DNA of 64,000 bases from an uncultured Ferruginibacter sp. Its GTDB lineage: Bacteria; Bacteroidota; Bacteroidia; Chitinophagales; Chitinophagaceae. The translations under genes were made by a program, and so were the position numbers. Positions 9,581 to 19,390 of the stretch are shown piece after piece. Positions within the stretch are counted from its first letter, which is position 1, and each line of letters begins with the position of its first letter. Where the stretch lies: the NCBI GenBank assembly GCA_964439615.1, contig CAYTQB010000003.1:21453-85452 (forward strand), given 5' to 3'. Below the pieces are notes generated by a model. It was not told where the DNA came from. It saw nothing but the letters and a program-made list of their open reading frames with translations, and searched no databases.

Positions 9581-12556
9581 TTATTTTGATACCGTGAAGG
9601 GTTTACTGTCGGAAAAATTTCCTGTTTCAAACCTGCAGTAATACAACCCTGCCGGTAAATTATCTGTTGAAAAAGTTGCTATATGCGTTCCGGCAATTTT
9701 CTTTTCATCAACCAATTGTTTTATCAATCTTCCGGAATTATCAAAGATGCGTATGGTTAAAAAACCATCTTCAGGAAGTCTGAATTTGATATTCGCTGTA
9801 TTTTTAACCGGGTTGGGATAAACTGCATATAAGCCATAGTCAACGCCTTTTAGTACAACCAATTTATTCTCACTGTATTTAAATTTGTTATCAAGATCAA
9901 TTTGTTTCAACCTATACAGAAATTTCTTTCCGCCCAGGGGTTCATCTTCAAAATAATAGCGTTTGGGTGTGGAAGAATTTAAACTTCCATTTACAAAACC
10001 AATATTCTGCCATTGATAATTACCGCTGCCATCTTCCAGAGTCCTTTCTATCTGGAAACCTTTATTGTTCTGTTCAGTTGAAGTTACCCATTCCAGGTAA
10101 ACACGGCCATTATCCCTCGCAGTAGCTGTAAAGTAATTTAGTTCGATAGGTACTATAACAACCGAAGTAGAACTCCACATCCCACGTCCATGTGTTGAAA
10201 TACGAATTCCTCGGCTAACAGGGTGAACAGCCATATCAAACACAGGAGTCACCGGTAACCCTGCGCTGAATGAAGACCAGTTTGCACCGGCATCTATTGA
10301 AGAGTAAACACCAATATCGGTACCGCAATACATAACACTTGAGTTGACTGGGTCTATCGCCATTGAATTAACCGGAACATCTGGCACACCAGTACCTGAT
10401 GCTACCCAGGTTGGAGCTGCATTATTAAAGTTGCTCGTTTTCCAAATGTGTTGACCTGCTGTTACTCCGTAGCCACCATAACATACATAAGCTACATTCT
10501 TATTTGTTGGATCAATGGCAACACGCTGTGCTGCTCGTGCTGGTGCACCAGCCGGAGTTATATTTACAAGAGTAGATGATCCGGTAAAAGTTCCCCAAAC
10601 CTGGCCATTGGTAAGGCCTACTATCCTGAAATTATCATCCTGCTTTGCGATGGCTGCTGTTGATATAGCTACTCCAGACACAATCGGGTTCTGGCTTACT
10701 ATAGAAAAATTTACTCCTTTATCTACTGATCTGTACAATTTGTCGGCACAATAATATACAGTATTGGGATTACCGGGCCCTAAGGCAATGGGTGCATAAA
10801 ACATAACAGTACCCGTACAGGCGATACCATTTGCACTAACTCCATTACAACCATAAAAAGGCCATGCTCCATCAACTGCGCCCGATACCAGGTCAACCCT
10901 TGCTAATCCCAATAAAGGGGCAGCGGTTGAATTATAATAAGTGTGATACATAGTTACATTAGTAGTATTGGTCGCATTTTGATCTATTAATGCATATCCT
11001 CCATCACCGAAGTCTATACGATTCCATGTACCATCAGGTTTATACATATTCGTTCCGTTATCCTGTGTTCCTCCAATAGAAAATTTCAAATCACTAGGAT
11101 GAATTGCTAAGCTTTGGAATTGAGTAGCACTTAATCCCGTGGTATTCATACTTGCCCATGTTACACCCGAGTTGGTACTTTTAAAAATACCGCCATCACA
11201 ACCCAAATAGATCGTTGTTGGGGTTGACGGCGCTACAACAATCGAATGCACATCGGCATGAAGATTATTGGTTGATGCGGTAAAAGAGGTTGCCCCATTT
11301 GTACTGTATCGGAAAATATTGGTGCCAGATGATCCGCCTATATAAAAGTTATTGGCATTAGTGGGATCCACATCCAGCGCCTGGTCATAGAAACATTGTC
11401 CGCTGCAAAAAGTGAAGCTGCCCGCTGTAGCACCAAATGAAGCACCACCATCTACGGATTTAACTATTAGTCCATTGCCATTTCCTACCCCTGCATAAAC
11501 AGTAACAGTTATCCCAACTTTACAAATGGCCAGTTCAGCTCTTACGGCATTTGCCCCAAAAAGATATGTTTGAGTAAAGGTGGGCGTTACACCCAATGCA
11601 TTGGTGCTTCTGTAAATTCCGCCATCGCCGGCAGCGTTGAGACCGTAAACAGTACAAAGGACATTATTGGGTGTATTGGGTTCCATGACCATGTCTATCA
11701 CGGCCCGATTGCCAGCATTTGCTGTAGCAACTGTTAATTTGGTAAAGGCAACAGTGCCTGCCGCCGCGGTGGCATTAGTACTTCTGAAAACACCCATAGA
11801 AGCAGTTCCGGGATTACTATTAACTATTCCCGCTATGCCGCTTGCAGTAGAAACAAAAACGTTGGCAGCATTTGTTGGATCAACCAATATTTTGCTCATT
11901 GATCTATATGTAAAAATACCAGCCGGGTTAATAGGACCAACTAAGGTTGGAGATACATCAGCATTGTCAATCCTGTATAGCCCGGCGCCAAAATAACTAT
12001 CTGCAGATAGTGCAGCTTCCCCGGTACCAACATATAAAGTTGTAGGACTGCTGGGCGCCAATGCAAGTGAACCAATGGCAAGTGTTACAGCATTATCAAA
12101 AATGGCCGTCCAGTTAGTTCCTCCATCCATGCTCCGGTAAACACCTCCGTTAGCAGTACCTATATACACAATATTTGCATTGGTGGGATGAACTGCGATG
12201 GAGGTGACCCTTCCGCTTACCGGTACACTGAATCCTGTAGTTTGTCCATTAGGAATGGGAAAAGGGCCTTCGGCTATCCAGTTAGGTGCCAGTGCTGTGA
12301 TGTTGGGATTATTGCGGGCATCTATTTCCTGCCTTATCTTTTCTTCAATGGCTTTAATGCGTGGCTCATAGGGCAGGTTATGTGGAAATCCTCTCTTTTC
12401 CAGAATGTATTCTGACCTGGCTTTCAGATAAGCTTCCTTGTCAACGTTTAGCGCATGTTTAGGCAGATCGGGATCTTCCTGGGCAAATGCCGCAGAAAAA
12501 AATAAAATTGCTGAAAAAAACAGGGAAGTTTTTTTAAGGAGACTGATCATTTTCAT
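9581..12556 (-). CDS. Secreted Asp-box/BNR beta-propeller protein (VPS10/GH74-like) with T9SS type A C-terminal domain
   Basis: Sec signal peptide; about six S-x-D/N-x-G-x-x-W/F Asp-boxes; VPIEL...LEW.T..EQNNKGF..ER module; YPNPV...G.Y..R C-terminal domain. Confidence 0.85.
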   Translation of the reverse strand: MKMISLLKKTSLFFSAILFFSAAFAQEDPDLPKHALNVDKEAYLKARSEYILEKRGFPHNLPYEPRIKAIEEKIRQEIDARNNPNITALAPNWIAEGPFPIPNGQTTGFSVPVSGRVTSIAVHPTNANIVYIGTANGGVYRSMDGGTNWTAIFDNAVTLAIGSLALAPSSPTTLYVGTGEAALSADSYFGAGLYRIDNADVSPTLVGPINPAGIFTYRSMSKILVDPTNAANVFVSTASGIAGIVNSNPGTASMGVFRSTNATAAAGTVAFTKLTVATANAGNRAVIDMVMEPNTPNNVLCTVYGLNAAGDGGIYRSTNALGVTPTFTQTYLFGANAVRAELAICKVGITVTVYAGVGNGNGLIVKSVDGGASFGATAGSFTFCSGQCFYDQALDVDPTNANNFYIGGSSGTNIFRYSTNGATSFTASTNNLHADVHSIVVAPSTPTTIYLGCDGGIFKSTNSGVTWASMNTTGLSATQFQSLAIHPSDLKFSIGGTQDNGTNMYKPDGTWNRIDFGDGGYALIDQNATNTTNVTMYHTYYNSTAAPLLGLARVDLVSGAVDGAWPFYGCNGVSANGIACTGTVMFYAPIALGPGNPNTVYYCADKLYRSVDKGVNFSIVSQNPIVSGVAISTAAIAKQDDNFRIVGLTNGQVWGTFTGSSTLVNITPAGAPARAAQRVAIDPTNKNVAYVCYGGYGVTAGQHIWKTSNFNNAAPTWVASGTGVPDVPVNSMAIDPVNSSVMYCGTDIGVYSSIDAGANWSSFSAGLPVTPVFDMAVHPVSRGIRISTHGRGMWSSTSVVIVPIELNYFTATARDNGRVYLEWVTSTEQNNKGFQIERTLEDGSGNYQWQNIGFVNGSLNSSTPKRYYFEDEPLGGKKFLYRLKQIDLDNKFKYSENKLVVLKGVDYGLYAVYPNPVKNTANIKFRLPEDGFLTIRIFDNSGRLIKQLVDEKKIAGTHIATFSTDNLPAGLYYCRFETGNFSDSKPFTVSK

Positions 12557-12647
12557 GTAATAATTATTGTTAAGGGGGTAGAAATTTATCTATAAAGTTA
12601 ATGCAAATTTTTTGCTCCGTGAAAACATAAAGAGGCATTTACCTTAA

Positions 12648-12680
12648 AAACAAAACCGGGAGCGATTATTGCTCCCGGTT
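12648..12680 (-). terminator. Intrinsic terminator of the ECF sigma operon
   Basis: AACCGGGAGC...GCTCCCGGTT followed by TTGTTTTT on the minus strand. Confidence 0.8.
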
Positions 12681-12705
12681 GTATTTGTAACAAATCAAAT
12701 TTTAT

Positions 12706-13134
12706 TTATTGCCCTCTTCTTACCCTAGGCCGCTGATTGGGTCTTATCTGGTCATTCCTGTTATTCTTTATGCGGTCCAAAAGCCGGCGTTTGAATTCAC
12801 CATCCATCCTGAAAAATCTTTCACACCGGTTTACGCCTAATATGCGGTTAAAATTTTCCTGGTATTTCTTTTTGATGTTTAAAAAGGTCTGTTGCTTATC
12901 CAGTTCCGGCATATCTGTCTTTACAGCCTTTAAGTCACTGGTGAACTGTGCATGCACGGGCCAGAATTTCTGTGCTTCATCGGGTGTTAATGCAAGCTGC
13001 TGTGTAATATAAGCTACATACAATGCCTGAATTTTCTCTTGTTGCTTGGTTTCGTCAACCGGTTGGCCACCCTGGGCCTGCACAGCATAAAAACCACCTA
13101 TCAAAAAAGAGAATATGAGTAAATATTTTTTCAT
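12706..13134 (-). CDS. Exported helical protein, Spy/CpxP-like
   Basis: Signal peptide, YITQQLALTPDEAQKFWP motif, Arg-rich tail; third gene of the ECF operon. Confidence 0.6.
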   Translation of the reverse strand: MKKYLLIFSFLIGGFYAVQAQGGQPVDETKQQEKIQALYVAYITQQLALTPDEAQKFWPVHAQFTSDLKAVKTDMPELDKQQTFLNIKKKYQENFNRILGVNRCERFFRMDGEFKRRLLDRIKNNRNDQIRPNQRPRVRRGQ

Positions 13135-13142
13135 GATTGGGT

Positions 13143-13889
13143 TTAATTTTTTAATTCTTTTACGTTAATACTATTGAGATATTTATCCAGAGCTTTTTCA
13201 TCCATTAAATAATCTTCCTGGGAAGGCAATTCATTTTCATCAACACTACTGGCAACCAGTGCAGCTTTTACATCGCTTCCATTGGCCTCAAGGAATTTTA
13301 CAATATCCGCATCAGTAACTTTTTCCAGCTCTTCGTCAAACCTGTTTTCCCTGGCTATTTTATCTCCAAGGGCTACAACAGGATCAACACTATTTTCATT
13401 GCTGCTGGTAAATTTAAAAACACCCAGCGCCATTACACCGGTGAAGGCGGCAGCTACTGCATATTTAATGAACGTGGTACTGCGCCTTTTCATCACAACC
13501 ACTTTTGTTTGCTGTGGTTTTATCTTGCTACCAACCGTACCGGCCAATTCATCGAAATAACCTGAAGGAACTTCAAATACATTTTTGTTTTGAATGCCAT
13601 AGAGCATGGGTGACAAACTTTTCAGCTCATCAGCAGCATTCATGGCCTTGATCTTATCCATGATCCGATCACTCAGGTTCTCGAAATAACCTCCGGGAAT
13701 ATCGGCAGAAAAAGAGTTGAGTATAGAGCTAATGATTCCACTTCTTTCGCTTGATATGCCAGTCAGGATATCAGTGCTGAGATTTTCAAAATACCCTGCC
13801 GGAACAGTAAAAACATTTATCTTTTCCATTTCTGCAATGACAGGACTTAATTCCTTTAACTCGTTCAATATGTCAACACTATTTTCCAT
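13143..13889 (-). CDS. Putative single-pass anti-sigma factor with three VPxGYF repeats
   Basis: Follows the ECF sigma; repeats VFTVPAGYFENL, DIPGGYFENL, VFEVPSGYFDEL; one TM (YAVAAAFTGVMALGVF). Confidence 0.6.
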   Translation of the reverse strand: MENSVDILNELKELSPVIAEMEKINVFTVPAGYFENLSTDILTGISSERSGIISSILNSFSADIPGGYFENLSDRIMDKIKAMNAADELKSLSPMLYGIQNKNVFEVPSGYFDELAGTVGSKIKPQQTKVVVMKRRSTTFIKYAVAAAFTGVMALGVFKFTSSNENSVDPVVALGDKIARENRFDEELEKVTDADIVKFLEANGSDVKAALVASSVDENELPSQEDYLMDEKALDKYLNSINVKELKN

Positions 13890-13897
13890 TGCTTAAT

Positions 13898-13926
13898 TCA
13901 GACCTTTTAATCAGCTTAAAGTTTAA
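13898..13926 (-). promoter_or_regulatory. Candidate ECF-sigma promoter before the anti-sigma gene
   Basis: TTAAACTT-N16-TCTGA; the -35 overlaps the sigma stop codon. Confidence 0.6.
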
Positions 13927-14474
13927 CGATTCAGTATAAAATCCTCAATTTTTTTTACAGCATGGTGGTAGCTTGCTTTTAAGGCTCCTTCACTGGTTTC
14001 CAGTATCTGGCTCATTTTTTCGTAAGGCATTTCATCATAATACCGAAGATTAAATACAACCCTTTGTTTTTCAGGCAATTGCTGTATGGCCACCTGTAAC
14101 TTCCATTCCAGTTTATTGGCATCAAAATGCTTATCGGCCTTTAGCCGGTTACTTAATCCCGATTCCACATCACTCAGCGAAACCGAAGCCCTTTTTTTCT
14201 GTTGTTCCAGAAAAGTAAGGCTTTCATTTGTAGCTATGCGGTAAAGCCAGGTATACAACTGGCTGTCTTCCCTGAAGTTTTCAAGGGCATTCCAGACTTT
14301 TATAAACATGTTTTGAAGCACATCATTAGCATCGTCATGTGAAACAACCATACGGCGGATATGCCAGTAAAGTTTTTCCTGGTACTTTTTAATGATGAGG
14401 GTGAAACTGCGTTCTTTGGTAGCAGGATCCCTGAACTGAACAAGCAGTTCCTTATCGTCTAATTGTTGGTTCAT
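13923..14474 (-). CDS. ECF RNA polymerase sigma-70 factor (likely start ATG 14474)
   Basis: DANDVLQNMFIKVW, TWLYRIATN, LPEKQRVVFNLRYY and SEGALKASYHHA (sigma regions 2 and 4). Confidence 0.95.
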   Translation of the reverse strand: MNQQLDDKELLVQFRDPATKERSFTLIIKKYQEKLYWHIRRMVVSHDDANDVLQNMFIKVWNALENFREDSQLYTWLYRIATNESLTFLEQQKKRASVSLSDVESGLSNRLKADKHFDANKLEWKLQVAIQQLPEKQRVVFNLRYYDEMPYEKMSQILETSEGALKASYHHAVKKIEDFILNR

Positions 14475-14509
14475 ATAAGGTTGAGCAGTAAAAATAAAAA
14501 AACCAATCA

Positions 14510-14538
14510 TAAGATTGGCTTTTTACAAAAAGGTTTAA
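14510..14538 (-). promoter_or_regulatory. Candidate autoregulatory ECF promoter before the sigma gene
   Basis: TTAAACCT-N16-TCTTAT; overlaps the AGCCAATC/GATTGGTT terminator hairpin after the transketolase gene. Confidence 0.65.
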
Positions 14539-14543
14539 TCCAC

Positions 14544-15497
14544 TCACTTACGGGATATCACTTTTTCGGCTGCAGCAACTATATCCTTTGTATCCAAGCC
14601 GTACTTTTTAAGCAGGTCCAGGGGTTTACCACTCTCACCAAAAGTATCATTGGTTCCAACATACTCAATAGGTACCGGAAAATGTTTTGAAGCTGCCTGT
14701 GCAATACTATCACCGAGGCCCCCAATAATATTATGCTCCTCAGCAGTTACTGCACATTTGGTTTTTCTTATTGAAGCAACCACGGCTTCTACATCCAAAG
14801 GTTTTATAGTGTGAATATTTATCAGTTCAACGCTTATGCCTTTTTCTTCAAGAATTTTTGCGGCTTCAATAGCTTTCCAAACCATATGCCCGCAGGCAAA
14901 AATGGTCACATCGGTTCCGGTAGAAAACTGCTGAGCTTTACCAATTACAAAATCATTTTCGTTAGTAAAAATGGGCCAAACCGGGCGACCGAAACGAAGA
15001 TAAACAGGCCCCTGGTAATCAGCTATCGCAATAGTAGCCGCTTTGGTTTGATTATAATCTGCAGGTACGATCACCGTCATCCCCGGCAACATTTTCATTA
15101 AGCCGATATCTTCAAGTATCTGGTGTGTGGCTCCGTCTTCACCCAAAGTGAGGCCGGCATGGGATGCACATATCTTTACGTTTTTTCCACTGTAAGCGAT
15201 ACTCTGCCTTATCTGGTCATACACTCTGCCGGTTGAAAAATTTGCGAAAGTGGTTGTATAGGGAATCTTGCCACCGATAGTAAGCCCGGCCGCAATGCCC
15301 ATCATATTGGCTTCAGCAATACCACATTGAATGAAGCGATCAGGAAATTCTTTAATAAAGCCATTCAACTTCAAAGAACCTGCAAGGTCAGCTGTAAGTG
15401 CAACTATATTTGAATTTTTCCTGGCGGCATCTAAAATACCATCACCAAAACCACTGCGGGTGTCTTTATTACCGGTAACCTGAATATTGTTGAGCAT
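14544..15497 (-). CDS. Transketolase C-terminal subunit (pyrimidine-binding plus C domains); likely start ATG 15497
   Basis: GIAEANMMGIAAG, GEDGATHQ, GPVYLRFGR and EEHNIIGGLG motifs; TACTTTTG -7 element at 15532-15539. Confidence 0.9.
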   Translation of the reverse strand: MLNNIQVTGNKDTRSGFGDGILDAARKNSNIVALTADLAGSLKLNGFIKEFPDRFIQCGIAEANMMGIAAGLTIGGKIPYTTTFANFSTGRVYDQIRQSIAYSGKNVKICASHAGLTLGEDGATHQILEDIGLMKMLPGMTVIVPADYNQTKAATIAIADYQGPVYLRFGRPVWPIFTNENDFVIGKAQQFSTGTDVTIFACGHMVWKAIEAAKILEEKGISVELINIHTIKPLDVEAVVASIRKTKCAVTAEEHNIIGGLGDSIAQAASKHFPVPIEYVGTNDTFGESGKPLDLLKKYGLDTKDIVAAAEKVISRK

Positions 15498-15675
15498 AAA
15501 TAAAAAATTGAACACTGTATTAAAACAGGCGCAAAAGTAAAAGAAAGATTTGGTTGAAATAATGGGCAACTTAAAAAAAGTTGCTCACATTGTTTATCGA
15601 ACAATCTATTATGTGCTTTGTAAAAGTAATAGTCAGGAGTTTCCTTGTGAGGAGAGATGAAGATAACAGAGAAAA

Positions 15676-16731
15676 TCAATTCAACCCGGCTATCTGTGCC
15701 TTATACAGATTTTCGTCGTTTTTCAGCATTAATTCCCATTTCCATGCTGTAGCCATCATGTCTTGCAAGCTGAATTTGGGTATCCAGCCCAGTAGATTTT
15801 TAGCCTTATCGTTATTGGCATAAATAGCTATAACATCACCCGGCCGACGTGGGCCGATACGATAATTCAATTTAACTCCACTTATTTTTTCAAATTCATT
15901 AATAAGCTCCAATACACTAATGCCGTTTCCTGTGCCCAGGTTAAATACATCGCAATTAGTTTGATTCTTATCTTGAATAAGATAGTTTAGTGCCAGGGTA
16001 TGTGCATGAGCTATGTCGCATACATGAATATAGTCCCTGATACAACTACCGTCACGGGTGTCATAATCATTTCCATAAACCTGCATCATTGGTAATTTTC
16101 CAATCGCTGTTTGTGTAATTGCGGGAACAAGGTTTTCTGGCTTTCCTAATGGGAGCTCTCCCATTAAAGCCGAAGGGTGTGCTCCAACCGGGTTAAAATA
16201 ACGGAGTAAAATGGCTTTACTATTATTACAATTAACGGCTTCCTTTACTATTAACTCCCCCATTTGTTTGGTAGCGCCATAAGCCGATTCTGCCGCTTTC
16301 ATTGGCGTTTCTTCTGTAACGGGAATTTGATCGGGGTTACCATATACGGTGCAGGACGAAGAGAATACAATGTTTGTGATTTTGAATTCATCTGCACACT
16401 TTAAAATATTGATAAGGGAGTTTAAATTATTCTCGAAATAAAGCAATGGTTTTTTGACTGATTCTCCTACTGATTTGTAAGCTGCAAAATGAATAATGCC
16501 ATTGATATCCGGGTTTTCCTGGAAAACGGCAACAGTATCATCATAGATACAAAGGTCTACTTTATAATTCTTGATCTTTTTGCCCGTTATTTTTTCTACT
16601 GATTCCAGAATACTATCATTACTCCTGGAATTATTATCAGCAGAAATGACTTCAAAACCATTTTCAATCAGATCGACTATGGTATGAGCGCCTATATAAC
16701 CACAGCCGCCGGTAACTAGGATCTTATTCAT
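15676..16731 (-). CDS. galE: UDP-glucose 4-epimerase
   Basis: TGGCGYIGAHT, HFAAYKSVGES, YGATK and LRYFNPVGAH motifs. Confidence 0.96.
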   Translation of the reverse strand: MNKILVTGGCGYIGAHTIVDLIENGFEVISADNNSRSNDSILESVEKITGKKIKNYKVDLCIYDDTVAVFQENPDINGIIHFAAYKSVGESVKKPLLYFENNLNSLINILKCADEFKITNIVFSSSCTVYGNPDQIPVTEETPMKAAESAYGATKQMGELIVKEAVNCNNSKAILLRYFNPVGAHPSALMGELPLGKPENLVPAITQTAIGKLPMMQVYGNDYDTRDGSCIRDYIHVCDIAHAHTLALNYLIQDKNQTNCDVFNLGTGNGISVLELINEFEKISGVKLNYRIGPRRPGDVIAIYANNDKAKNLLGWIPKFSLQDMMATAWKWELMLKNDENLYKAQIAGLN

Positions 16732-16747
16732 AAATGCAAAGAAAACA

Positions 16748-16779
16748 AAAAATCACTCACAGCAATGCGTGATTTTTAA
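16748..16779. terminator. Probable terminator after the PiT gene
   Basis: AAAAAATCAC...GTGATTTTTT inverted repeat. Confidence 0.7.
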
Positions 16780-16795
16780 ACGATTGATTTAAATC

Positions 16796-18505
16796 TTAAA
16801 AAAACCAATGAAGAATATAGAATATGCCTGCAGCCAGTAAACCACTTACGGGTATCGTTAATATCCAGGCCCAGAGTAAATTTACAGTAACCCCCCAACG
16901 AACAGCAGATAATCGTTTGGTTGCCCCCACACCCATGATAGACCCTGTAATGGTATGTGTGGTTGATACCGGTATCCCCATCTGCCCGGTAAAAAATAAA
17001 GTAAATGCTCCTGCTGTCTCCGCTGCAACTCCCTCCAGTGGGGTAACCTTTGTAATTTTTGTTCCCATGGTCTTCACAATCTTCCAGCCTCCGCTCATAG
17101 TACCCAAACCAATGGCCAGGTAGCAGGCTATTGGCACCCAATTAGGCAAATCAGAAAAATTCTGGATGGATCCACTGGCTATTAAAGCAGCGCCGATGAT
17201 GCCCATTACTTTTTGTGCATCATTTCCACCGTGCCCGATACTGAATGCAGCAGAACTAAAGAGCTGCAGTTTTTTAAACATGTTGGCGACCTTGAAGGCA
17301 GTTGGAGTTCTTATTTTTTCAACATACAGGTAAACAAGGGAGAATAATATTGAAGTAAAGATGATACCCCAAACGATCATACTGTTATCTGCTTTATCAA
17401 TATCTTTTGCCAGTGATTTTTCTATGCTGAACCCTGCAATTTTCTTTTTCACTTTTGGTTTATTTACTTCTCCGATCGGGTAAATAGCTTGTAAAGCGGT
17501 CATTGTGCTATCGAGTGAGATCTCTTTTTTAAAGTATTTCTTTAAAGGTTCTTTATACTTTTCAGTAGCCTCTTTTGCAATAGCATATTCGGTTTTTATT
17601 TTATCGTCACTGGCAGACCTGGCTTCCAATACAAGAAAGTCATTGGCGTTGCGTACATCATCTTTTAAACGACTGGCTTCAATATCCTTTAACCAGCCAC
17701 TGTCCATAGCGGCTTTTGCAACACCTTTTGCTCCCAGGTTATCAAAATCATTTACCAGTGCATATATCTTTTTATAATTGGGTAATGCTTTATCAAGTTT
17801 TTCTTTTGCCACATTATATGCTTTAATGGCAGCTGTATCAGAAGGGTTATTTTCCTTTTTGGCCAGTGCTTCAGCCGCTTCTTTTTTATATTTGTCTATC
17901 TTTAAAAATTTCTGCAGGTTTTCATCCATCTTACTGGTCTCAAACTTATCAAATAACAGGACGGTTAAAAATGTTGCTAAAGCAATGATCCCGATCCTGG
18001 CCCATATATTCCTCATGATGGTTACGATGGTGATGAAAATAGAGATCAGCATGCCGATAAGCGGCGCCAGAAAAATAAAAATAACGGTGTTGAAGATGAT
18101 ACTTGATTCTACGATCTTACCCCAGTTGTAGCCCATGCCTTTCAGCAACAATGCATGAGCTATTGCTGCTCCGGCAAATCCTCCTATCAATGTATGCGAA
18201 GAAGAAGACGGAATACCATACCACCAGGTAAGCAGGTTCCAGAATATAGCTGCAATTAAGCCTGCTAAAATTACCGGTAGCGTGATGAACTCTTTATTTA
18301 CCGTTTTGCTGATTGTATTTGCCACCGCATGATCCTTGAAAATAAAATAAGCCACACAATTAAAAATGGCTGCCCAAACCACAGCCTGAAATGGCGTAAG
18401 CACTTTTGTTGAAACTACTGTAGCTATTGAGTTTGCTGCATCATGAAACCCATTGATGTAGTCGAAGATCAAGGCAAGGGCTATAATTACTATTACTAAG
18501 GTCAT
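16796..18505 (-). CDS. Inorganic phosphate transporter (PiT family) with a large insertion
   Basis: NGFHDAANSIAT, GIPSSSSH, GHGGNDAQK and PVSTTH signatures; ~230 extra residues in the middle. Confidence 0.93.
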   Translation of the reverse strand: MTLVIVIIALALIFDYINGFHDAANSIATVVSTKVLTPFQAVVWAAIFNCVAYFIFKDHAVANTISKTVNKEFITLPVILAGLIAAIFWNLLTWWYGIPSSSSHTLIGGFAGAAIAHALLLKGMGYNWGKIVESSIIFNTVIFIFLAPLIGMLISIFITIVTIMRNIWARIGIIALATFLTVLLFDKFETSKMDENLQKFLKIDKYKKEAAEALAKKENNPSDTAAIKAYNVAKEKLDKALPNYKKIYALVNDFDNLGAKGVAKAAMDSGWLKDIEASRLKDDVRNANDFLVLEARSASDDKIKTEYAIAKEATEKYKEPLKKYFKKEISLDSTMTALQAIYPIGEVNKPKVKKKIAGFSIEKSLAKDIDKADNSMIVWGIIFTSILFSLVYLYVEKIRTPTAFKVANMFKKLQLFSSAAFSIGHGGNDAQKVMGIIGAALIASGSIQNFSDLPNWVPIACYLAIGLGTMSGGWKIVKTMGTKITKVTPLEGVAAETAGAFTLFFTGQMGIPVSTTHTITGSIMGVGATKRLSAVRWGVTVNLLWAWILTIPVSGLLAAGIFYILHWFF

Positions 18506-18514
18506 ATTATTTTT

Positions 18515-18613
18515 AATGTGCTAATGTGCTGATTTACTAATATGCTAATTCCAAAAATGCAGAGAGCATGCGTTAAACATTAGCAAATAAGCACATTGGC
18601 TAATTAGCAAATT
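18515..18613. repeat. Inverted array of 8-nt units (AATGTGCT x4 / AGCACATT-like x4)
   Basis: Left aatgtgct-aatgtgct-gatttact-aatatgct; right cattagca-aataagca-cattggct-aattagca. Confidence 0.75.
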
Positions 18614-18615
18614 AA

Positions 18616-19266
18616 TTATGCATACTTCACAATTATACTTTCTATTACGTTTGCAGCATCCTCACATTTGTCAGTCACAATTTCCATCACCTGGTAAATC
18701 TCCCTTTTCTTGATCACCTCTTTGGCATCTGGTTCTTCAGCAAACAATTTTTCAATACTCATATCAAAAATATCATCACCCTGGTTTTCTATACTGTTGA
18801 TGGTAACAAGTGCATCGGTGATCTGGCGCATGTTCTTCATATTACGCAGTTCCTTTACTGCCGCATGTACCGCCACACATCCCTGTGCAATAATATCTGC
18901 CATCTTGTGAATGCCGGTGTCATTGGGATTAACCCGGTAAAAATTGATCTTCTTAGCTGATGCCTGGATATAGTCGGCAATATCATCCAGTGCAGAGGCC
19001 AGGTAGTGAATATCTTCCCGGTCAAAGGGTGTAATAAAATTCTTTCCCAGTTCGGTAAATATCTGGTGGGTGTAATCATCATTCACATGCTCCATATCTT
19101 CAATTTCTTTGATCAGCTTTGCCCTTTCATCAAAGTCGGGTTCATTAACCACTTCCTTTAATTTCTCTCCCATTTTTACCAATACATCTACCACGTTTTC
19201 GAACAATTGAAAAAACACCCTGTCTTTAGGTAAAAAGATCTTGAGAATTGAATTTAACCCTGCCAT
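18616..19266 (-). CDS. DUF47 / PhoU-like phosphate transport regulator (likely start ATG 19266)
   Basis: TELGKNFITPFDREDI, ENQGD and TDKCEDAANVIESIIVKYA motifs; directly upstream of PiT. Confidence 0.92.
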   Translation of the reverse strand: MAGLNSILKIFLPKDRVFFQLFENVVDVLVKMGEKLKEVVNEPDFDERAKLIKEIEDMEHVNDDYTHQIFTELGKNFITPFDREDIHYLASALDDIADYIQASAKKINFYRVNPNDTGIHKMADIIAQGCVAVHAAVKELRNMKNMRQITDALVTINSIENQGDDIFDMSIEKLFAEEPDAKEVIKKREIYQVMEIVTDKCEDAANVIESIIVKYA

Positions 19267-19327
19267 ATAATAAGTTTTGGGCAAAGATTGGTTATTACAC
19301 AAAAAACCAGTGTCTCATCAGGATTGA

Positions 19328-19355
19328 TAATAATTTCTTAACACAGGGGTAATAT
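19328..19355 (+). promoter_or_regulatory. Pho-box-like array upstream of the porin gene
   Basis: TAATAA (19328), TAACAC (19339), TAATAT (19350) at 11-bp period. Confidence 0.55.
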
Positions 19356-19390
19356 TAAATTGTTATTCCTTTGCGGCGAAATTTGCTATA

